Assembly: GCA_046563655.1 (NCBI GenBank)
Contig: CM102288.1
Coordinates: forward strand, 6,138,001-6,202,000
Direction: 5' to 3'
Length of the DNA: 64,000 nucleotides
Source of the DNA: Yuukianura sp. NJ FZ-2021
Taxonomy: Eukaryota
Shown here: positions 37,401 through 50,817 of the stretch, piece by piece
How the letters are laid out: every line of letters begins with the position of its first letter
Position numbering within the stretch: the stretch's first letter is position 1
Notes under the pieces: generated by a model
Told to the model about the DNA's origin: nothing
The model's input: only the letters and a program-made list of their open reading frames with translations
Database searches by the model: none
Position numbers and translations under genes: made by a program

Positions 37401-40400
37401 AAAGTCAACTCAACTGTGAAGTCATCTTCCCATCATACAACCCACACCAACAAAAAATCAACACAACCATAAACAAATCTTAGGTCTCCGCTCCGTTAAC
37501 TTCTGCCTCAAAATAATCTTTAACTTCCCCCACAAAAAATTTCAGTCCAACTACAACAAATGTTGGTCAAACTCCGACTTGTCACAACTCCAAAATTACC
37601 GTCAAACTCAATTTTTACAAACACATTCATTCCACTTTACTCAATTTCGAAAAAAAACTTGAAAAAAGAAAAACCAGAAAATTTAACAAAAAATCACAAC
37701 GTGAGATTTTAGTGAAAATTACTTGGAACTCCATAACAGTCGCAGTTACCGTAAAACATCCAATAAACACCGGTGTTTAACAAGTGCCGGTTCTAATTCA
37801 ACGTTGGCTGGTAAAAAGCGTAGTTTTGTACAAACATCCCGGCGTTTATGAGAAATTTTCCGGTATACTTTTTCTAAGGATGCTGGAGCAGCATTTTCTA
37901 CCTGCGCAGCATCTGCATCACTCAGACTTAATAGCCCATTTCTTATTGCTCGTCATGTTCCATTTTGGTTAACCTTCACACGCTACTTCTCTATGCCTAA
38001 GAACTTCCTGCCTACAAATTTTAAACACTTAATTAGCACATTAGCCCAAAATGGCCTCCACCTATTTCAAAATCCCATTTCAAAATTTCAAATTTCGAAA
38101 TGAAATTTCAAATTTCAAAGGAAATCCCGCCAATTCTCAAATTAGCTGATTCATTCAATTCCTTTACATTCTTCAATCATCATCAAGGAACGGCACAGGA
38201 ATTAAAAAGGACAAATCAAAGCCAAAGGCCTCCGTCTGAGTCTGAGCTCTTAACGTTATTCGCAAACCAAAAGTTAAAACTATACACGCTTCAACTAAAA
38301 ACAGCTATTATTACACTTGTAGCATTGTTAATTAACTTCGACATTCAGCAATAAGTGGTTACCTGATGCATTTCTGTTGAATTGTTGGTGTGTGATGTGA
38401 AGGAGTCAAAGGACGCCGATGTCTTCAGGCCGTTCTTCCGAGAATCCACGTACCCTTCGTCACAGTCCCCATAAATGTCATCCTCCAATCCTAATCAACA
38501 TCAAAACAATACACAAAAGTTACCACCTCGTAAACTCCTTCAATTAAAATAAAACTAATTTTCTACGAACTAATCAACCAACGTTTCCATACATAACACT
38601 TGCAGGCCGAGGGGTTATAGCATTGTGTTTAACTTTGACGGACGCAGGTTCGAATCCTGGAGTCGGCAAAAACAAAGCGTTAGCAAAATGGAAACGGACA
38701 CACGGACAAACAATCAGACATTTCCTTTAGTACAGACATTCATGAAACGGACACACGGACTGAAACGTTTCTTTAGTATTAAACGGAATATTAATAGAAA
38801 TTGAAACAGACGGACAAACTGGTCCAAGTTTCGAAGTTTCGTTAGTACAGAAATCCATGGTAACAGAGACACACGGACGAACAAACAACTCATGTATTTC
38901 CTCAGTATAGACATCTATGGTAACAGGGACAGACGGACAAAAATCACAAACATTTCATTAGTATTGGAAAGCATATTGAGAAAAACGGACACACACTGAT
39001 ATACATGTATATTTTTAGTATAAATTTAGTATTTTTAGCATAAATTTCGTATGTTTGGTATAAATGTAGTATTTTTGAGTATATTTGTGTTACCTTTTTG
39101 GAAGTTGTGATATGGTGGGATGATGTAGGGGTCAAGTGGAGCGTATGCTGGATCGCTGTCAGAAGAAGAGCTGGAGTATCGCTGCTGGCTGTCCAATTCA
39201 ATCGCTGCTGGAGAAGTGGGTGAGAGCGGTGTTTGACCTTTCTTGACCCGAAAAGAAGCGAATGACACAAGACCGGGTAGAGTTGGCGGAGCAACTGGTG
39301 GACTCACTTTCTTCACTTGTGCTGCACCTCCATTCCGGGATTTAGTCATCCCACCAACTACAAACAAACATAAACTTTAGTTCCAATTGCAACACTTCTA
39401 TAACATTTCATCACCATAATCAAATTTATAATTGTTTTAGTTCACATCCTATAGCTACTTAAACTACATAGCAAAATAAGAAATTTACTAACTTAATAAT
39501 ATCAGAAACTTAGTACAATCAAACTTTTTTTTAATATTTTAAATTTTTATAAACTTATTGCAATCGTGGCGTCCTTCTGTCCGTCCTTCCAATTAAAAAC
39601 AAAATCAGAAAAACCACAAATTTTTTCCATAAAAAACTCCAATCTTTTCCATAGAAAAAAGAGGCGAATCTTTTCCACAGAATTTTTTTTTTGTGGAATT
39701 TCGTGCATGGCGCCTCGGAATCCTTGAACTTGAAATTGGCAATCCGAAATCTCCAAATGCAATTAACTCAAGTCCAACAGGATACAAGGAGGAAATATTC
39801 AAAAAAACAGAGGTGAAATTGCAAATTGAAATTCTTCTTTTCAATTAGCACAATCTCGCAAAAATTCTCAGAAACTAAATTGCTACCTGTAGTCCTGTTA
39901 TGGGCAAAACAAGATGTAGGTAGAGCCGTGTTGACGGGAGGAATTGACACTAGGTCAGGTCTGTGTTAACATTTTGGTCAACTGGCGACAGAAGGGAGTA
40001 ACTACCTAGAGACAAAAGCAGGTTTAAGAGTTATACAGGATGTGCTAAGGTTACACGCCCACACCCTACTCTTCTGCTACCTTGGAGATTCATCTTCAGA
40101 AGATCTTCAACAAGTTGACAGCCACGAGAACATGAAGCTCCTTCACTCCTTCCGTCTCCCTCACATTATTATTCAAACTTCTACTAAAGACTCATGACCT
40201 CAACTCCAACTTAAAGAAACACACTTCATGATTTCTCATTGTCCGTCTGTGTGTCCGTCTGTCTGTCCTAAAAAATTGTCGTTCTCGGGTATTAAAATTT
40301 GGGAAAAAACTGATAAAACTTTCTGTTGATATCGCAAAAAAAAACTTCTACAAAATAAAAAGTGCATAATTTTCTTCTACACATTTCCTTACACGGAATA

Positions 40401-43400
40401 AAAAATTGTTGTAAATTCGTTTTTTTCTTCTTAATTTGGTTTAAATTCCTTTTTTCATCTTAAAATAATTCGGTGTAACTTCGTTTTCTTTATCTTAAAG
40501 TCACAACTGAAAAAAAAAAGTTGCAAAAAATTGCAACTTACACATATGGCTAAGTGTTTTACAGGTTATTCAAAAACTATAGTTTCCGCTACTTGCTTAC
40601 ACCCACTAAAAAGTGTTTTCTTCCACTCCTGTTTGAGAACTCACTTGAGATGAGACTGTGTCCTCCGTAAGTTCAACAATTTGACAAATAGCCATCAACC
40701 TCCAAACTCCAAACTTAAGCAACACAATTAATCTCAAACCAAGTTCAAACATAATTCAAAATTCCAATCCAGGGTTCCCACAAAAACTCAAGCGATTTGC
40801 TAACCATTTTGAAACTTAAGCTCTCTTGTCCATGTAAAAACACTTTCAAACGCTCCCGCTTCTCAAAATGCGAAATCTGCATTCTCCAATTTCAAATCAA
40901 ATTCAAAATTAGTCTTAACTTGCAACTTGCATTTCCCACTCAAATTCTCCCACGTTTCAACTTTTTCCTCCCAAAAAGTGCAATACTCAACACAATTAAA
41001 ATTCCCCATCGTAAAAACATCAAAAATTTCACATTTCAAAAAACTCGAAAATTCAAAAGTTCAAAATTCCCGCCATTTCAAGACAACATTAGCCTAATCC
41101 ACTGCACAAGTTTAAAACTCATAATTTTATTTATGAGGAAACCAGTTACATCTTCCAAGAAAAGGACCAAGTGCCCCCTCGTCCCTTAAAGTAAAAAGCA
41201 TGACAGGAAGATCACTTGACAATGGCTTTGGACTTTGTATTTTTATGCACAGGCGTGTCCAACTGCCTCCTCTCATGCCCTTAAGGGCTCCTCTGACGCC
41301 CTGACCATAAAAGGAACTCAAATTTAAGTACCCTCTTCAGCCCTTAAGCCCAATTTGACAGACCATCTTCAACTAAAGTACGCGAGGAAAATTCAAAATT
41401 TCAACAAAAAAATCTCCAAGGTCACCGAAATCGAACCCTTAAGTGCCCACATCTCCTCCATTCACATTTTCGACATGTTATGCCAGAGACACACATTTTT
41501 AAAAAAGGGGGTATCAAAAAATGTTTTCTAAAAGTGTTTTTTTTTAAAAACTTCTTCTTTTTTGTGCAAGAATTTCATCTTTGAAATTTCGAAACACAAA
41601 CAATCATCAGTTCCACCGTTCTTCAACTTTCAAAAAAAGGAAATGAAATTGGTTCCGCATCCGCCGCGGTTTTTATGAACGCTACAACTTAGGCTCGGCT
41701 TCTTTCTAAGACGTAAATCCGTAAATATTCGTAAATCGTAAAATTGTAAAAATAGTAAATGTTTATCCGTTTCGTTCCGTTCCCATTTTGGTTATGTGTG
41801 TCCTTCGACATGTCAGAGCTCAGAAGAAAAAGAAGCATTTGTTTATTGAAGTGCTTGATATACTGCCAATGTGCTTGATATACTGCCAATGTACTGGATA
41901 TACTGCCGATTGTGTACTGCATGATATACTGCCAACTTCACTACAAGTACACTCTCTCTCCAAGGAGAAAAAAGAGCCAAGTTAATCTAGTCACAAAATT
42001 AGCTTAAACCAATAAAAATATTCCCCTGCCTTTTAAAATCTCCCTCCCGTCCGCACCCCTCCTCTACATCGTGGGTGAGGAGGAGGAGGAGGAGGGAGGA
42101 GGAGGAGGTGGAGGAAGATTTGATCTGGTCGTAAAACATTTAATGTTTATTATTTAGCAGAGATTGATCCCTGGAACGTGTACGTGACTCTTCAACACTC
42201 GAACTAGTGTTAAGATGCAGAAACTGGAAAGTGGATTTGGGCTAATCCTCGGAAAGAAGATGATGGATTGCCTCTTCCTCAGATACGCAGATAAAGTGTA
42301 CTCAATCCCACACTCTCATCATCTTCATCAAACTCAAAAAACACCCACACTCTCTTCTCAACCTTCAAAACTTGTCTTTCTAGATCACTTTTTATAAAAC
42401 ATCAACATTCTTCAAAAAAAAAGCGCAGTTTCGAAAATAAAAATTTAGAGAAACTTCTGCAGTCAGATTTTCCAATTTTTAGGCATGGAAAAGCGAAAGC
42501 CAAAATGAAGTTACAATTTTTCGCAAAACAGCCGACACCGAAAGGCATAGCAAATGTGATTTGGTTTTGCGAAATTGTATTTTTTTTCAAGTGATTGAGT
42601 AACGGTATGATGCAAAAAATGGTTGGTTTTAATGAAAATGGAAAGCGCGAAGGATGCCGGATTTGAAAGTTAAATTTTTAGAAGACAGAGGCTAAATCTT
42701 GAATCACGGAAAAAAAGAAGTGGCACTCCCTTCACGCCAACCAAAAAAATTTCAAATTAAGCATGAAATTAAGATTGAAAAAAAAAAACAAAGACAGTAG
42801 CACTTTCAAGTCACGAAAAAGTTCACATCAGGAGATTAAAATTCTCGTAAAATTCGAACACCTTGAGAAACTATTTTGCACATTGCAAAATCAACACATT
42901 TGTTGCAGATTACATTTTTCTGCAATTCATTCTTCTGTTTTTGCAACGCTAACGCATCACTCAGAATATGTCAACTCAATTCAATTAACTAACAAATTGC
43001 ACAAAATTGCACATTTTTCATACTGTCTCAAGAATTTGTCACAACATGACAAAAAACAACAGAAAGAAAAACTTTAAAACACACACACAGAAAAACTGAA
43101 GAAAAAAAGCTTTTTTTTCCTCTCTCTCCAAAAACTCACTTTTAAGTAAATTCCGCAAACTAACGGAACGAAAAAACCCGGGTTTTCGGACCACTCCATT
43201 TTCAACTGGATTTTTGTTGTTTTGATTTTGAAAATTTCCAGTTTTCCGCTCAAATTGTTCACTTCCCGCTCCTGCTCCTGCGTCAATAGACTTGATTCTC
43301 TCAAGATGTCCATCAGACAGACTCTTTTGCCACGGTCTGCTACTGATTCCCGCGAAATTCAACTTCCCACCACTTCCAAACTTCATTTTGTCATTTTCCA

Positions 43401-46400
43401 TTTCAAATCTTAACTTTCCCGCGTCCAATGAATTAGGTCCCTTCGAGTATCCCTTGTAAGTCCCCTCCTGGTCCTTCAAGGGCTCATTTTGGAAAGGCCC
43501 GCGCTTTTTCCCCTTCACATAATTCAAAAGTCTACTCGGTCGAGGGGGCAGGGCTGCATCGGTTTCGGTTTATTGATTTCGGTTTAACTGGCATATTCAA
43601 AATTTCACTTTTCAATTTTGGACGTTTTCAATTTTCGTGATTTTTAAACCCGAATGTTATTAAACCCGGTGTTTACTGACTCGGATCAACTATTTAGCAC
43701 TTTGATTTTTATCACTAGAGTGTCGACGTTTTTTAAGTTTTTATCACTAACCACACTCACTTTTCAAAATTTCACCCTTTCAGTTTTGAAGTCAGTTTTT
43801 GTTTAATTTTTTAAAAACTGGGGTTGAAGTAGAAAGCTAAAGGCGTAGAATCCATTTACTTTGGAAAGTAATCACCATCTAAGCAGGAAGTCTAAACAGA
43901 GAGGCAGGAGGCAGACGCACCTTGTTTCTTGAGCCCAGTGTAAAATATGTTCTGTTCTGAACATCTTTGAAAAAGTATTTTCACATCCGGAAGAGATTTG
44001 TTTGAACAGACTCAGACAGCCATGAATCACTATAACAGAACACACCCAACACCTTACTTCCTTCCTTTCATACAGAAACAACTTACACAAATTACTAACA
44101 CAACACTACGCTCAAAAATCCATACACCACGCTTAGTCAAACTTCCCCTTTCTCAAAAAACTAAAAAACACACTTTTCAGTTTTAATCACTCATTTTCCG
44201 ATTTTAATCACTCATTTTATGATTTCAAGAGAAAACAAAGCTGGGTGGGATTAAATCGATTAATTCCGTCCACAATTCAGTCACTGCCACTCAGCCCAAA
44301 ATTGCCACTTTAAAACAAACCAAAACTGAAAAAATGCGTTTTTTCTTCGTTTTTTTGAAAAAAACTGAAGAGTGAGAGTGTTTTGATCGGAAAGTTGTTG
44401 ACGTTGAAGTGGTAAGTACTGGTTAGAAGGTGGTGTGTCCGGAACTTCTGGTTTTACCGTACGTTTCTCCACAGTATGAAAACAGTTCTGTCAGTTTTTC
44501 TTTTTTCCTTAAGTTCAAAGTGTCAGACAATTTCATTCTTATCAAAACCCGAACTGGACGGAGGAGCAGATGATGAATCCTTCCATTTTCAATCCACAAA
44601 TCCACTCACTTCGATCCACAATCCACTCACTTTTACAGGAACAGCAGCTCCTTTTCCAAAATACATTTCAAAAAATAGAACACATCAACGTCAGACCGAA
44701 AACCTCGTCTTGTTTCATGCACAGAACTTGTTGTAACCCCTCTGCTTCCCGTAACCGTGTAACCCTCGGTACGTAACCTCCGGAGGGTTACCTAACTCTG
44801 TTTTTTGTGTAACTTTTGAATGGACGTCAGCAGAAGGTCTTTGGAATCGGATCCATCTGCAGCAGAACAAGAGCTGCCAGGAAACATTTCTCTCCCTCCC
44901 TCATCTTCTCAAAAAGAGTAGAAATGGAATCCACAGGAGATTCAAATCTGTCCCCAACTTTTCAAAAACACAAGTAGCCACTACCACAAATCCAAATTTG
45001 AAAAACGACAAAAAAACTTCAAGTTCAAAAAAGTTCAAATTCAAAAACTCCCTCCACAACAAATTGAAAACGAAGTCTCCCGGGTGCAGGATCCAATGCA
45101 CAATACAAAAAAAAAGGACAGTCTCTGCCCAACGACTGAAGTTTGCCAAGCACAGTCACCGGGAAAAACAAACTTTTGAGCGGGAAATCTTCAACAAATT
45201 ACAATTCCCCCGAAACTTACATTTTTCTGTCACTAAAAACCATTTCGAACTTTTTTTTTTTCAAAATTTTGAAAAGACTTGAGACAGTTGTAAAGTTGTG
45301 TGAAGCTGCAGGACGTCTAGAGCTCAACTGATCTGTCCTGAATCCTGATGAATCTCGTCTTTTTAAAATTGTAAATTCTAAAAAAGGAGTAAGGTAGGGC
45401 CGACGCCCACTGCAACACAAATTCCAGCCTTAACATTTCCATTAGTCATATGCTAAGGAAAAGATTCAAAGATTCAGAGATGCATGATGAGACACAGGAA
45501 CACAATGGCATAATGAGAACCAAATCCAAAACAAGATTCTCAGATTTCAAAACTTTTTACGAAACAAAGGGAACCAACTGCGAAACGCCAAAAACGCTTC
45601 AGGTCAAAGGTCACGTGATTCTGATTAAATGAAAAAAAAACATTTTGTCCTTAATTGAAAAAAAAATGTCGATTTTTTAGCATAAAGAAGTCACGGCACG
45701 GCACGGACTGCTACAAAGTCATTACTATAACGTGTTTTTAACAATTCGCGAGTGATGATTTTCACGACGCGTGTTTTTTTTTTGACGCTAAAGAAGCTCT
45801 AGGCTGTGGATTTTGAGAAAAAATGAGAAAAGGCCTGTAAAATTAAAGAAGTGAGACGAAGATTGAGGTTTAAAGGAAGGAAGTTCTCCGCCCACTTAAA
45901 TTACTGGGCTCAATTGCGATCCAATGTCAATTTGATTCAGCAGTTCTAACCGCTCGTTACTCTCCGATCCAACCCTAATCAAATCCTGCCAAATTCAGTC
46001 AAAATAACAACTTCACTCTCCCATCCTTCCTCTCTTTCATTCAACCAGTATCCCCTTACTTCAACCCGAAAAGTTCAACTACAACTACATGAACATCCTT
46101 ACTTCAACCAAAAACGCATGTGTGCATCTACTTCCTTACTTCAAACAAAAAGGGTTCCGCGTACATCGGATCATAGGGTGCCGTACTTCAACCAAAATAT
46201 GTACCCATCGATTGCATGCCTATTGCCAGTTGGAGACAAGACATGACACGAAATAGCGATGGAGTTGTTGATTAGTTTTGGAGACAAAAAAGACTAAAAA
46301 AGACTAACAAAAACACGACGACTAACACTTTTGGGGAGACCTCCAGGAAGAAAATACAAAACAATGGAACATTGTTCTTCTATTAGAGATTACAAATAAA

Positions 46401-47823
46401 AGATTTCGATTCTCAGAATTCTAAAATAGGCGCGTTTTTCTTTCTTTTTTAAAAAAAAAAGAGTAATCAGAGGGAGTCTTGAGTTATTTTAAAAAGGAAA
46501 ACGCCCCATAAATCCATATTTGGACTTTCCCCGGGAAAATGTGTAAGATGAAAACAATGGAGTTGGTGGCCATTCGCCTATCATCGCTCTCTAATGCATT
46601 ATTTCCCATTTGAGGCTCATCCTAACTACCATTCCACTGCATACAAATAAAAAACAATTATTTCAAAGTTTAGCGCCTACCAAGTACAAACCTTCTACGC
46701 CTCCATTCATAAATCCAAATATAATTACAGTACGCATAGTCGTAAACTTTTTTGAAATGAAAAACTAACCAAATAGAGAGGAAAAGACTATTAAAAAGGC
46801 TAAATTCAAATCGAGTGTTTCAATAGTGTCACGTTTCACGACTCCGGAAGCAATCCAACAACATTCGTCCCCAACTGAACTACTCAAAGGTGGAAGGACG
46901 CCATTTCATCGAATGAATTAAAGCGAAGTAAATTTCTCCGAATGAATTTCCCCGAAACCTTACAAAGAAAGTTGAATTACCACGAAGTGAATTAACAACT
47001 TTGTTAATTCGCTTCGTGGTAATTTCAACTTTCATTGTAACTGGTTTTTCGGATAAATTCATTGGGAGAAATTTACTTCGTTTTAATCCATTCGATGAAA
47101 TTACCTCGAACTGGAAAAATCTGATCTTTCGTAAAGTGACGTCATGGGGACGGATGCTTACCCAATGACGACATTGACAAGCGACATTGCCTAGTTTTCA
47201 GTGTTGTCTTGATCAAACAAAAAGCTAAAAGCGGCGAAGGTTGATCGTGAGCGAGCGGATAGCAAGGTTTTAAGTAAACTTTAGGAATTTTTTTTTTCGC
47301 GTATGCCGGGCCTAGGATTTGAACTCTGAACTGGACCACACCCATCATAAATTCCCGGAAGTTTATCCATGAGGCCCATGAGGTTTCAACTTTTTTGATG
47401 AAAGTGGACACACCAGAGGAAGAGCCCTTAAGCCCCGGCCTGCCCAAATCTTCTACCTAAGCTAATCCCCCCCCATAGTACCTAACTTAAATGGTCAAGC
47501 ATATTGGGCCTCTGGAAGAGTAATTGGCTGACCCCATGGGGTCATCCTAACAAAAGACCATCAATTCACCCTACCCCGTGACAGAATGACTTTTAGTGGA
47601 TCCCTAGATGGTCTTTGGCCACAAAAGAATCCAACGACTAAATTAGAATTGTGATGTGACTGACCTCCATCTGATGACACATCTGCATTCAGATCCAGGT
47701 CACTTACGCCTCGCACCAATTCACAATTTAGTAACGTCAAGTTTATGTTAGGCTAACCAAACGTGGTTAGGCTAACATAACTTAGCAGAAAGTGGACAAC
47801 TTACCACTGCAGATTTTGCGCAT
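31482..47823 (-). CDS. ckn: Caskin (tandem SAM-domain scaffold with caskin C-terminal motif)
   Basis: Start [14 protein letters not shown]...QVKKVSPP (ATG 47823, phase-1 splice to 39357). SAM1 [43 protein letters not shown]2 [27 protein letters not shown], Pro-rich middle, tail [22 protein letters not shown]; stop at 31484-31482. Confidence 0.88.
33411..33677. mobile_element. Degenerate copy of the GGTTTAAACC hAT-MITE family (ckn intron)
   Basis: Same TTTAAACC subterminal repeats and ...AAACCCTG end as 11469-11878. Confidence 0.6.
38600..39000 (+). repeat. tRNA-like head followed by a degenerate ~55-bp tandem array
   Basis: B box GCAGGTTCGAATCCTG near 38644-38659, then about 6 units of ACGGACACACGGAC...TTTC(A/C)TTAGTA(T/C)AGA. 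Confidence 0.65.
41850..41935 (+). repeat. 20-bp minisatellite (GTGCTTGATATACTGCCAAT-like, ~4 units)
   Basis: Direct reading; related motifs in the opposite orientation near 7655-7690 and 25110-25152. Confidence 0.8.
43140..43401 (-). CDS. Putative alternative first coding exon of caskin
   Basis: ATG 43401 opens [12 protein letters not shown]...[12 protein letters not shown], ending at a consensus A|GTGAGT donor in phase 1, the same phase as the shared acceptor at 39357. Confidence 0.5.
46903..47101. repeat. ~200-bp fold-back palindrome (MITE-like), ckn intron
   Basis: ATTTCATCGAATGAATTAAAGCGAAGTAAATTTCTCC...CACGAAGTGAATTAACAA / TTGTTAATTCGCTTCGTGG...GGAGAAATTTACTTCGTTTTAATCCATTCGATGAAAT. 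Confidence 0.88.
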
Positions 47824-50149
47824 GGCTGCGTTCTTGCGTGTCAGTTACAGTTGGCCTTGCCGGTGGTGTAGGTGGTTCAGTATCCGTTAGAGTACTGGCA
47901 GTCGGAGATACGCCTGAGGAGGGCAGCTGAAGGAGAGTAATTAACTCAAGGTCCTTCTTCGTCATAAAGACTAATTGAATTGGCCCAGTTAACTCAGTCT
48001 CCAGAAGAGTACTAACTAACACAACAAAGTGCAGTTGAACTGACCACTGGCTTTGCAAATCCAACAGCCACAAAATTCACACCAACCGCAAAGTGATAAT
48101 GAACAGGCAGACTGTCAACCGCTGTTTCGCTTCACTTGACGTTGAAATCCTAACTGCAATTTGCCAAATCCCTTGACACCTCTCCTCCCCCTCCTCCTCC
48201 GATAAGATTTCGCACTCCCTGAAGAAGATTAGATGTTAACTCCCTCCTCACTGACGACAATTAGATGTTAATTCCCTCCTCACTGATCATCTGATGCTAA
48301 ACAATTGGAATTTAGTTCTAGAAAGTGGGAAAACAGAACAATGGAGTCGGTTAGGTAGTTCCAAGAAGAGCCGATTAATGCGTATTCGTTGTAAAGTGTA
48401 ACGTTCTTGTGACACTAGTAAAAATGCGCTAGTGACTTACTTTGACCTTGACCTGTGAGGTGACCTCTTAACCAACTGGTTTTGAATCTGATGACGATAA
48501 GATGTCAACAACGGATGAACTGAACTACTGTGATATCCTACCAATGCAATCCCGACCGATGGACCAATCTGATGACTGTACTGGACGAACCTTGTTCTGG
48601 AGGGATGAAGGTCGAGTCCAAGTCCAAGTGACGACAAAGGAACAGTTATGGAAGGAGATGATGAATATTCGTGTGTGTTCACAACACCTCTCCTTCTGCA
48701 AAACTAAACTGGCTTTGCAGATGCAAGTGTTTAGTGAAGGGCAAGAGGAAGAGAAAAGAGGGAGAACGCTATGGGGGAAAAACTGGCGCGAAAAAACGAT
48801 TTCGAAACGAAAAGTTTCTCAAGGCACCCACGGCCACACTCTTAGCATATATGGGCACAGTATAGGCATATAAATGTACATATTATGCACTAAATATTTT
48901 TCATAAAATTTTTCCATTTTTTTTTTAGAAAAAGTACCCAGCACATGGAAATGTGAAATGAATTTTGTTACTAAATTCCCAACCAATGATACTTCAGTTT
49001 TACTCTTAAAGTCATTCTACGGACAGATAATTGCCGGATTTCATTAGTATATACATGCTTCAAAATAGTTCTATTGAAGTAAGCCCGGAAATTAATTTTA
49101 AGCTACACACGTAAATTAGACTAAACTTTTAAATTAATTCTCAATTAGCTTCCGCAAACTAATGTTGTAGTTGTGGATTAAGTTTAACTTTTGCGAGTTT
49201 TAATTTCAATTAAATAACACGAATCTCTCCTCATGGAACTCAGAGTTCCATTTTGTGAACCACCCCTCTCCATCAAAAACAACAAACAGTAGCATTACTC
49301 CTTACTGCAATTCCATGCACTGCACTCATTGGACACTGCGCAAGCGTACAACACTAACGACCCCATAGTTCTTAATTAACTTGTTAATTACAGTTAATTA
49401 AAACTATAAAGATATAAAAACGTTTTCAAAACATGAATTAAAAGTAAAGAGCTTACGTTTTCCATGTCTCGTCTTCTTGGCCTGTCTCTGTGTTCGCTAA
49501 AGTTGACCTTGACCTCCAGAAATCCAAAAATTCACAATTGTCACTTGAATCCCCAACTCACGTTCAACTCCAAAAAACCAAAGTTCACTCAACTGCACAA
49601 AGTTTCACTTTGTTCACTGTTCAATATGTCAGGCAATCTAGCGGAATAAGTTTCACCGGAGAGATGTGACACTGGATTGTCATAAAAGTGGAAAGGTCTA
49701 AGGTCAAAGTTTTTAAAAATGCAACCGAGATGATTTGTAATTGTAGTGGTCGTAAGTGCGGTCACTTTTAGTTTGACGGTTGGTTGAACGTGGACTTTTC
49801 GCTGACTTTCTTCCTGCGGCCTCCGAGGGGAAAGTTATTGATTCACTCTCAACGGGAGCTCAACCAAGTGAAAGTGAACTCGGATCAGCTCTCGGCTCGG
49901 TTGCAGTAAAACCCCCCTCCACTGTTGTACTTACTAAAAATAGGACGGCGTACGGGTGGGTACAAAATATCTGGTTCTGGTTGAATTCCATAAACTATCT
50001 ATTACAACACATCAAAAAACTTTCAGTACAACATGAGAAATTGTAATGGTGTAGCCAATTTGAGACTTTAGATTTGTGGGTACACGAGCGCTGACATGCC
50101 TTACTTTAACCGGAGAGACTTCGGCCATTACGAGGAAGGTCATGAACTC

Positions 50150-50286
50150 TGCTGCCTTTCCCTGGGAAACTTTCTCTGGGATTCGAACTCACAGCCACCC
50201 AGCGGACAACTGGAGCAACACCGCGCCGGTTTCAAATATTGACGAATGAAGTATGCACTTCTACCGATAGAGGTAAGCCTCATCTC
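50150..50286 (-). mobile_element. Possible Pol III/tRNA-derived SINE head (second family)
   Basis: Minus strand has an A-box-like TACCTCTATCGGTAGA and a B box GAGTTCGAATCC separated by a longer-than-tRNA spacer; no cloverleaf. Confidence 0.4.
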
Positions 50287-50711
50287 AGTGGGGTTAGTTT
50301 TAGTTTTAGTGTAAGTTAGTGTTAGATTTAGTGTAAGTTAGTGTTAATTTGCATTAGTTTGATCAAATTTATTTCGCTCCTGTTGAATTTTCAATCGGAT
50401 TTTTACGTTTTAGTTTAGCAATCATATTGCTTACAATTTACAATAGAATTTTGACCTGGACTCAAACTTTCCCTCCAAATTCAAATTTTTCTTCCATCTT
50501 ATTAGTATGGAGGTCAAAAGTCTTTTGTATCACTTTTTGGCATGGAGTTTTACACTGCTAGTTCTACTCTGTAACCATCTTTAGATTTACCACCTAACCA
50601 CCTAATCCATGCACTTACCACCTAACCACCTACAACATAATTTGTAGATTTAACACTTAGCGTAAAATACCGTATTTACCTAACTATTAATGTAGTGACA
50701 TTTTTATGTTA

Positions 50712-50817
50712 GTTTACTAATCCTACTTCTTCTTTTCTCAACCTGCCTTTGGCAGGTGACTGTGAAACTAAAATAAACCTAAATTTATTACATAAAAAAA
50801 AAAAAAAAAAAAAAAAA
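50712..50817 (+). mobile_element. 5'-truncated non-LTR retroelement 3' end with poly(A)
   Basis: Stem-loop ACCTGCC-TTT-GGCAGGT (50741-50757), AATAAA (50772-50777), A24 (50794-50817), TSD TTTTTATGTTA (50701-50711 and 50818-50828). Confidence 0.8.

Noticed and set aside
37900..38012. Extra caskin coding exon between an AG and a GT
   Set aside because: All three frames contain stop codons.
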